Below, piece by piece: positions 58,901 to 64,000 of a stretch of 64,000 bases of DNA. The DNA lies in assembly GCA_964483245.1 (NCBI GenBank), contig CAZABP010000022.1:1-64000 (forward strand), given 5' to 3'. Every line of letters starts with the position of its first letter. Position 1 is the stretch's first letter. The position numbers were made by a program, and so were the translations under genes. This stretch comes from an uncultured candidatus Brocadiaceae bacterium (GTDB taxonomy: Bacteria > Planctomycetota > UBA1135 > UBA2386). Below the pieces are notes generated by a model that saw nothing but the letters and a program-made list of their open reading frames with translations, searched no databases and had not been told where the DNA came from.

Positions 58901-58993
58901 CTGTGGCAGCGCCGCGGCGACGTCCGCCAACACGCGGCGTTGCGCTGCGCGCGCACCGGCGCAGCGGACGATGCGCCCGCCGCGCGGTGCCAC
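55910..58993 (-). CDS. addB: helicase/nuclease subunit B (AddB-type, inactive helicase plus Fe-S nuclease domain)
   Basis: GTG 58993; C-terminal RecB-like nuclease (LLLTDYKTGKP) with four Cys typical of the AddB Fe-S cluster (C-x-W..., CDWCEFKEAC). Confidence 0.7.
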   Translation of the reverse strand: MAPRGGRIVRCAGARAAQRRVLADVAAALPQDRTRARILIVVASADLREQMLAALARAHGALLGVRVSTLWSLARELLERGGRPASIATPLFDLLARRAAAAQPELLPLLQRFERSEPALVQPIRALLDAGLRPELQDAAHEAAQAIARPQVARRARALIDAALQTLQQAEQLGLETSELALGRAARLLDERGPELLGGTTLFVHGFADATGLGCELLGALRRLGAVLYVEAPPEPRDPTEPLTSLAQDLELAIGGPVELDPQPPDPVELAEPFHASGPEGEARELAQRLRTALDGGTAATDLLVVARRLDGHAVALRQQLRKHGIPFTGPAAPAVLAPGARRRLALGRLLERQGSAPLETWSAALADPQRLIPDAGAAGLRDLMLALRARGLRDLRELAELDETELRDVPLPQRSHDEDGAPRRRWLPRAVLTAARAAARRMVEQLRGWPQTQPLPSHAARLGELLRDELGWPAEERERIASELCGWPALRLRGEEFFALLPPLLEQLFAPPLGGDGGVRVTDALHARGLVATELFLLGLQRGEFPRPQREDPLLPDSARHALAAVLPALRTSARSSDEERQLFASLLSAAPRVQLAWQHSDADGHELARSPFLELLAVGGRLPPVIGIAPRVDLRLAADAAAGRPLPADEVTLHAALAGDLDALEQALAAQLRTGPRAAAAVARARRIALMQWDRLRDVPRLRSFFGKLPARVAASVAASPAVTWLENYATCPWRTWLARGLGLERVPDPLLALPQITPAMLGDAVHLALAALLGPDEAAELPQLANRVGQVLRLPDPQELMQAAVLAAQQVADREGVRLRGLCRVLAERVRDLVELALRHELATATPERRLLGVEVAGTTMLRHAPEPLPLRFRADRIDRDAHGLLLTDYKTGKPPDDLPQQFREGRRLQAAAYALAAATGESCRGRYLHLRPDGVTERTLPDDLPGKLHDVAATLLHALAQGWFPPRLENRAGDEPKSCDWCEFKEACIRGDSGMRRHLRVLAADEGPEFAALRRLWQIGAQT

Positions 58994-59298
58994 TAGCCGC
59001 GCTTGCGCAGGGTCAGCTCGTAGGTGCCGAGCGCGATCTGCGGTACGTCCTGCAGCGTGCCGCGCCAGGTCTCGTGGTCGGCATGCGTCACAACCAGCTC
59101 GTCGTCCAGCTCGACGGCGTACGGCAGGTCGCACGGCGTCTCGAGCGCGAGGTTCAGCCGCGTGATCAGCACCTTGGCGCCGGCCGGCTTCGTCACGAAC
59201 CGCGTGACCGGCTCGAGCTCCTGACCGTCATGCGGATTCGAATAGCCACAGGCGCCGAGCAGCAGCGACAGGGCTACGAGCGACAGGCGAAGTTTCAT
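58993..59298 (-). CDS. small lipoprotein (hypothetical)
   Basis: Lipobox LLLGACG; 101 aa; stop overlaps addB start. Confidence 0.55.
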   Translation of the reverse strand: MKLRLSLVALSLLLGACGYSNPHDGQELEPVTRFVTKPAGAKVLITRLNLALETPCDLPYAVELDDELVVTHADHETWRGTLQDVPQIALGTYELTLRKRG

Positions 59299-60650
59299 GG
59301 AGGGGTGCTCTTCGTCAGGGTTTCGCGCGCCGGATCCGAGGTCAGCGGGGGTGCGCCGCCAGCCAGCGTCGGTGCGATGCCGAGAACATACGTGTTGAAC
59401 CCGTCGCGGACGCGCACGCGTACCTGTTGTGGTGCTCCGGTCGCGTGCCGGTCACGCGCCGCCCGCAGCGTCACCATGTACTCCCCGGCCGGCAGCTCGA
59501 TCCGGACCGCCTGCAGGTAGGCCGGCAGCAGGTGCCAGCTGCGCAGGTCGGCGCTCTCGACGCCGGTCCACAGCATGCCGAGCAGCGAGACGGCGAAGTC
59601 GATCGCCATCGACTTGTCGCTGCGCTCGTTCGAGTTCTCGCCATACGTGGCCTTGACCCCTTCGGTCACGGCGATCTTGAACGCACGCCGCAGCACGGCG
59701 CGCGCGACGATGTCCGGTTGGATCGCCTCGAACTCCGCCTGCGCGCACAGGTTGACGTCGGTGATCGTCTCGGTGTGCGCGACCTCGTTGCCGTCGATCG
59801 AGACCACCAGCGACGTTGGATTGTCGGCCTGGAACGCCAGCGCCGGGATCGCGACGCTGGTCAGGTTCGGGATCCCGCCGGTGCGTTGGTTGTGGATCCA
59901 GATCGTCTGCGCGATCGCCAGCGCCGTCGCGGAGACCGGCTCGGTGCTCTCGACCCGGGCGGGCGCGAGGCCGACGAAACCGAGCACGTGCAGGACCCCG
60001 TTGCCCGGATCGGAGTGGCGGCCATTGCGGACCCGCTCCAGATCCGCCTGCGCATACGGCCAGTCCGGCTCCAGCTCGGCCACCTGCTCGAACGCGAGCC
60101 GCGCCTCGTCGCGCGCCGACGGCTTCTCCTCGTTCAGGATCGCCCGCAGGTACGACCCGAACGCGACGAGCTTGTAGTCCTGCTTCGGCTTCTCGCCGCC
60201 ATCCCGCACGTACGCATCGATGATCTCGCGTTGGCGTTCGAGCACCTGGATCGCGTAGGCGTTCGCATCCCGCCCGCCGGCCATCAGGTCGGCGACCGCC
60301 AGGATGGCGCGGATCAGGACCTTCTCGTAGTCGGCACCGGACCAGTCGAGCTGCCGGTCATCCAGCAGCATCGAGCCGAGCGAACCGAAGAAGGAGTCGG
60401 AGCTCAGCTCGGCCATCCGGTCGCGCGACGCACGCAGCGCGTCGGTCGCTTCTCCCGGCTCGCCGCGGGCGAGCTCGACGATCCCGCGCTCGGCGCGGTA
60501 CAGGTGCGCGTCGCCGCCGTCCTCGAGCGCGAGCAGCCGGTCACGCGCCGCGTCGTACGAGCCTTGCTCGTACAGCGAGACGATCTCCGGCATCGGGTCA
60601 CTCGCGCAGGCCGTGGCCAGCGCGAGCGGGATCAGCAGCGCTGCGCGCAA
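59295..60650 (-). CDS. lipoprotein (hypothetical, about 451 aa)
   Basis: TTG start giving signal plus lipobox LALATAC; downstream of the LpoB-like gene. Start uncertain (only non-ATG starts lie near the signal peptide). Confidence 0.45.
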   Translation of the reverse strand: MRAALLIPLALATACASDPMPEIVSLYEQGSYDAARDRLLALEDGGDAHLYRAERGIVELARGEPGEATDALRASRDRMAELSSDSFFGSLGSMLLDDRQLDWSGADYEKVLIRAILAVADLMAGGRDANAYAIQVLERQREIIDAYVRDGGEKPKQDYKLVAFGSYLRAILNEEKPSARDEARLAFEQVAELEPDWPYAQADLERVRNGRHSDPGNGVLHVLGFVGLAPARVESTEPVSATALAIAQTIWIHNQRTGGIPNLTSVAIPALAFQADNPTSLVVSIDGNEVAHTETITDVNLCAQAEFEAIQPDIVARAVLRRAFKIAVTEGVKATYGENSNERSDKSMAIDFAVSLLGMLWTGVESADLRSWHLLPAYLQAVRIELPAGEYMVTLRAARDRHATGAPQQVRVRVRDGFNTYVLGIAPTLAGGAPPLTSDPARETLTKSTPP

Positions 60651-60664
60651 GCTCCCCCGACGGA

Positions 60665-61264
60665 TCAGTTCCGGTATTCCTTGCGCAGCCGTTCGGAGAC
60701 CTTGTCGTTGAAGCCGGTCTCCACGTCGACGAGCTCCAGCGTCAGCATGTAGTTCTTCTGCGTGACCCCGGAGTCCGCCTCGGTCGTGCCGCGCGTCAGC
60801 TTCGGGAACAGCAGGCATTCGACCGGGTTGCCCTGCTGCTCGAGCAGCTCGATGAACTGCCGCCGCTTGGCCGGGATGAACAGCTCGTCGTTGCGCAGCC
60901 GCAGCTCGCGCATCGCCGCGTCGACGAACCGCCGGCTGATCGTCCGGTAGCGGCCGGCACGGTTGATCGACGTGTCGATGATCTCGTACAGCTGTTCGTG
61001 CCAATCCCCGAGCTCCTCACCGCTGGCATTCTCGACACCGAGCACGGCCACCTTGAGCTGGCGGTTGTTGGTCAGCGAGGCACTGTGCAGGCTCAGCAGC
61101 CGGTCGACCGCCCCGGCCGTCAGCCGGTCGTAGGTCTCGGCGCCGGCGCGGTTGGCGCCGACGTAGTCCTGGTCCGCGTCGCTCATGACGCGGGCCTTGG
61201 GGTTGGACTCGCAGGCAGCGAGCAGCAGGGGGAGCAACAGCGTGGTTCGCAGCAATCGGTTCAT
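60665..61264 (-). CDS. lipoprotein, LpoB/DUF799-like (tentative)
   Basis: Lipobox LLLAAC; pattern KVAVLGVENASGEELGD...L...L..AGRY.T..R resembling LpoB-type lipoproteins; about 199 aa. Confidence 0.45.
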   Translation of the reverse strand: MNRLLRTTLLLPLLLAACESNPKARVMSDADQDYVGANRAGAETYDRLTAGAVDRLLSLHSASLTNNRQLKVAVLGVENASGEELGDWHEQLYEIIDTSINRAGRYRTISRRFVDAAMRELRLRNDELFIPAKRRQFIELLEQQGNPVECLLFPKLTRGTTEADSGVTQKNYMLTLELVDVETGFNDKVSERLRKEYRN

Positions 61265-61302
61265 GAATGGAATCCCTCCGGGCCTGGCGGGCGCACCGGC
61301 GC

Positions 61303-62019
61303 TCACGGGGTGCCGGCCGGCCAGCGACCGACCTTGTCGTAGTACTTCTGCAGGCGTTCGGCGAGTGCGCCGGAATCCAGCTCGACGCGGTATTGCGCGA
61401 CCAGGCTTCGGTCGGACATCCGCCGGCACTGCCAGTCGATCGCGAGATGCTCGTCGCGCTTCGTGCGGTCGAAGATGACGCGCTCGGCGCGCCCGTAGAT
61501 CACGTAGCCGGCCCCGACGCGCTCGGCCATCCACCAGATGTCGTCGGCGCCGGCGAGCTCGTTCGGCGAGCGGTTGACCGCCTTCAGGTCGTTGACGAGG
61601 CGGTCTCCGGCCAGGATGCCGGTCGCACCCGACTGCTCGAGCAGCCATGCCGTGCGCTCGGCGAGGTGCTCGCCGAGACCGTTGACGACGCTCTTGCCGG
61701 GGGTCGGGCTCGGGCTCAGCGCCGGGAACACGGCGACGATGCCCTGCTGCGCGCGCACCGCGGCGAGGACCTTGTCGGTGAACGGCTGCAGGAAATCGGC
61801 ATCACCTGCCGGCGCCGATTCCGGGGCCGGCGCGGGCGGCGCGGGACGCTCGTTCGTAGCCGCCGCCGGCGGCTCCTCCTTGCGGTCGTGCGGGTTGTCG
61901 ACCTGGTTCTCCCGTGTGTCGACACCCGGGATCGGTTGGTGGGGCACGCGTTCCGGGCCCGAGCAGGCGGCGGCAGCCAGGACCAGCAGCGCGCCGCAGA
62001 GTCGTTGCGAGACGTTCAT
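61303..62019 (-). CDS. lipoprotein (hypothetical, weak LpoB-like pattern)
   Basis: Lipobox LAAAAC; Pro/Ala-rich linker then a globular domain; first gene of the lipoprotein-addBA block. Confidence 0.45.
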   Translation of the reverse strand: MNVSQRLCGALLVLAAAACSGPERVPHQPIPGVDTRENQVDNPHDRKEEPPAAATNERPAPPAPAPESAPAGDADFLQPFTDKVLAAVRAQQGIVAVFPALSPSPTPGKSVVNGLGEHLAERTAWLLEQSGATGILAGDRLVNDLKAVNRSPNELAGADDIWWMAERVGAGYVIYGRAERVIFDRTKRDEHLAIDWQCRRMSDRSLVAQYRVELDSGALAERLQKYYDKVGRWPAGTP

Positions 62020-62140
62020 GTCCGGGATCCTCCCAATCGGATGCGCGGCAGTCTACGGGCGGATCGGCGCGGTGCGAGCGATCGATCGGCGCCCGGTCCC
62101 GACGCTGCCTGAGTCGAGCGGTAGACTCCTCGGCCCGCTC

Positions 62141-63322
62141 ATGCCGGTCATCCGCGAACGACGTTTCCTGCGCGTGAAGCTGGACATGGTCACCCGGTGC
62201 CAGATCCGGTGCATCATGTGCCACTTCGCGCACCCCGACTTCCAGGAGAGCCCGGAGCGGCTGGGTGGCGAGCTGCTCGAGAAGGTCGCGCGCGAGCTGT
62301 TCCCGCGCGCACACGAGGTGGCGCTGTCGTCGAGCGCGGAGCCGCTGATGGCCCCTGACCTGCCGCGCGCGCTCGAGCTGTGCCGCGAGCATGGGGTCCC
62401 CGCGTTCCACTTCTCGACCAACGCGCTGAGCATGACCGAAGGGATCATGCGCAAGGTCATCGACGTGCGGATGCCGCACCTGACGATCTCCTGCGACGGC
62501 GCCACGAAGGAGACCTACGAGAAGATCCGCAAGCCCGCCCGCTGGGAGCCGTTCGTGCGCAAGCTGGAGCTGATCCAACGCGTCAAGCGGGACCTCGGTG
62601 TGGACCACCCGCAGCTGACGCTCACCTGCGTGTTGATGAAGAGCAACGTCCAGGAGGCGCCGGACGTCGTGCGGTTCGCGCACGCGCACGGCTTCCAGCA
62701 GGTGCACTTCAACTACATGGCCGTCATGGGCGGACTCGGCGTCGAGCACGAGACGGTCATGGACATCCCGAAGCTGACCAATGCCAAGGTCGCCGAGGCC
62801 AAGCGCATCGGCGACGAGCTGGGGGTCTCCGTCTGGTGCCCGATGCCGCTGCCGGAATCGTTCGAAGGTGCCGGCGACGCGACCGATGCGCAGCGCAGCG
62901 ACGCCGGTGGCGGCAGCGCGATCGGTGGGCCAGCAGGGGACCTGCCGGCGACCTCGTTCTCGGTGGCCGAGTTCTTGAACCACAAGAACCGCGAGTTCCT
63001 GCTCGCCGCCAAGCAGAAGCAGCACCACAACCGGCCGTGTTACTTCCCGTGGTACTACATCCACGTGAATCCGGACGGGACCGTGTTCCCGTGCGGATGC
63101 TGGTTCGAGTTCTCGACGTTCGGCGACTTCAAGACGCAGACGTTCGAGGAGATCTGGACCGGGCCGAAGTACAAGGAGCTGCGCGACCAGCTGTACCACA
63201 TGCGGTTGCGCGACGTCTGCGCCAACTGCTCGGTCGCCAACATGGGGCGGCCGGATGTGCGTGCGTCGTTCAGCCACCGCGCGAAGGTGCGGCGGCAGCA
63301 GGTCGGAACGACGCCCGGCTGA
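62141..63322 (+). CDS. radical SAM protein with SPASM domain
   Basis: CxxxCxxC (CQIRCIMC) at the N-terminus; C-terminal SPASM-like cysteines (CYFPWYYIHVNPDGTVFPCGCW ... CANC). Confidence 0.75.
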   Translation: MPVIRERRFLRVKLDMVTRCQIRCIMCHFAHPDFQESPERLGGELLEKVARELFPRAHEVALSSSAEPLMAPDLPRALELCREHGVPAFHFSTNALSMTEGIMRKVIDVRMPHLTISCDGATKETYEKIRKPARWEPFVRKLELIQRVKRDLGVDHPQLTLTCVLMKSNVQEAPDVVRFAHAHGFQQVHFNYMAVMGGLGVEHETVMDIPKLTNAKVAEAKRIGDELGVSVWCPMPLPESFEGAGDATDAQRSDAGGGSAIGGPAGDLPATSFSVAEFLNHKNREFLLAAKQKQHHNRPCYFPWYYIHVNPDGTVFPCGCWFEFSTFGDFKTQTFEEIWTGPKYKELRDQLYHMRLRDVCANCSVANMGRPDVRASFSHRAKVRRQQVGTTPG

Positions 63323-63373
63323 CCGATCCGCCGGGCCCGCGCTTGCACTGCCGCACGGCTGCGCTTCGCTGCG

Positions 63374-63982
63374 GTGATGCGTTCCTCGGCTGTGGCATTC
63401 CTGGTCCTGGCCGGCTGCGCCGGCGCCCCCGCGCCCGGTGAGCTGATCGAGACGTTCGACCGCGGCATGCCGGCGGTCGTCGGCGGTGGTACCTGGCAGC
63501 TCGAACCGGACCCGGACGATGCGGCGAACCAGATCCTCGTGCAGCGCGGGCGCAACGAGAACTCCGTGTTCAACCTTCTGCTGTTCGAACGCGCGACGGC
63601 GCAGGACGTGGATCTGCGCGTGCGGCTGCAGGCGATCGCGGGAGTCGTCGATCAGGGTGGGGGCCTGGTCTGGCGCGCCCAGGATCTGCGCAACTACTAC
63701 ATCGCGCGCTGGAACCCGCTCGAGGAGAACCTGCGCGTCTACACGGTCGTCGACGGCAAGCGGACACAGCTCGCGAGTCTCGACGTCGTGTGCGATCCCG
63801 AGTCATGGCACGAGCTGCAGGTCGAGATGCGCGGCACGGTGATCTCCTGCACGCTGGACGGTCGGCCGCGGCTCGTCTGCAAGGATCAGACGTTCGAGGG
63901 ACCGGGTCGCGTCGGCGTGTGGACCAAGGCGGACGCGGAGACTGCGTTCGACGATCTGCTGCTGAAGGCACCGTCGCGATGA
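63374..63982 (+). CDS. lipoprotein with DUF1080/LamG-like (3-keto-disaccharide hydrolase-like) domain
   Basis: Lipobox LVLAGCAG; about 200 aa beta-sandwich pattern. Confidence 0.5.
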   Translation: MMRSSAVAFLVLAGCAGAPAPGELIETFDRGMPAVVGGGTWQLEPDPDDAANQILVQRGRNENSVFNLLLFERATAQDVDLRVRLQAIAGVVDQGGGLVWRAQDLRNYYIARWNPLEENLRVYTVVDGKRTQLASLDVVCDPESWHELQVEMRGTVISCTLDGRPRLVCKDQTFEGPGRVGVWTKADAETAFDDLLLKAPSR

Positions 63983-64000
63983 AGTGGGTGCGTTGGCTGT

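Overview
This is a very high-GC (about 70%) bacterial chromosome segment, densely coded, with roughly 48 protein genes. Many adjacent genes are coupled by 1-4 nt start/stop overlaps such as ATGA and GTGA. I found no rRNA, tRNA, CRISPR array, transposase or integrase.

Main content:
(1) A nine-gene, translationally coupled minus-strand operon (22410 down to 13582) whose sizes and order match a class I ATP-dependent benzoyl-CoA reductase pathway, had-oah-dch-bcrCBAD, followed by an SDR and a GNAT gene. An 11-heme lipoprotein cytochrome c sits immediately upstream.
(2) A candidate porin-cytochrome-type extracellular electron-transfer locus (28846-40762). It holds a 7-heme cytochrome, a 570-aa outer-membrane beta-barrel, a 23-heme paired-CXXCH cytochrome and an unusual membrane flavo/Fe-S protein ending in a ferric-reductase-like bis-His transmembrane domain. 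A lipoprotein pair and a fused CcsBA (system II cytochrome c maturation) gene follow.
(3) A family of short palindromic intergenic repeats with the core GGGGTCAGACCCC, present as 19-31 nt hairpins and as roughly 65-nt compound elements that bracket an AlkD-like DNA repair gene.
(4) An ECF sigma factor fused to a transmembrane segment and a periplasmic beta-sandwich domain. A single in-frame TAG separates it from a paralogous downstream ORF.
(5) Housekeeping and accessory genes. These include an aldo/keto reductase, a CRTAC1-like FG-GAP lipoprotein, an STN/secretin-N protein coupled to a methyltransferase, an MFS transporter, a type III PKS, an NfeD-flotillin pair, an MgtC homolog, a CoA-transferase plus PPK2 pair, CBS, SMUG-like and EamA genes, a hybrid histidine kinase, an LmbE-like deacetylase, and a Nudix-addBA block preceded by four lipoprotein genes. 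A radical SAM/SPASM gene and a DUF1080-like lipoprotein gene close the window.

Numerous long antisense ORFs are compositional artefacts of the GC content and were rejected.
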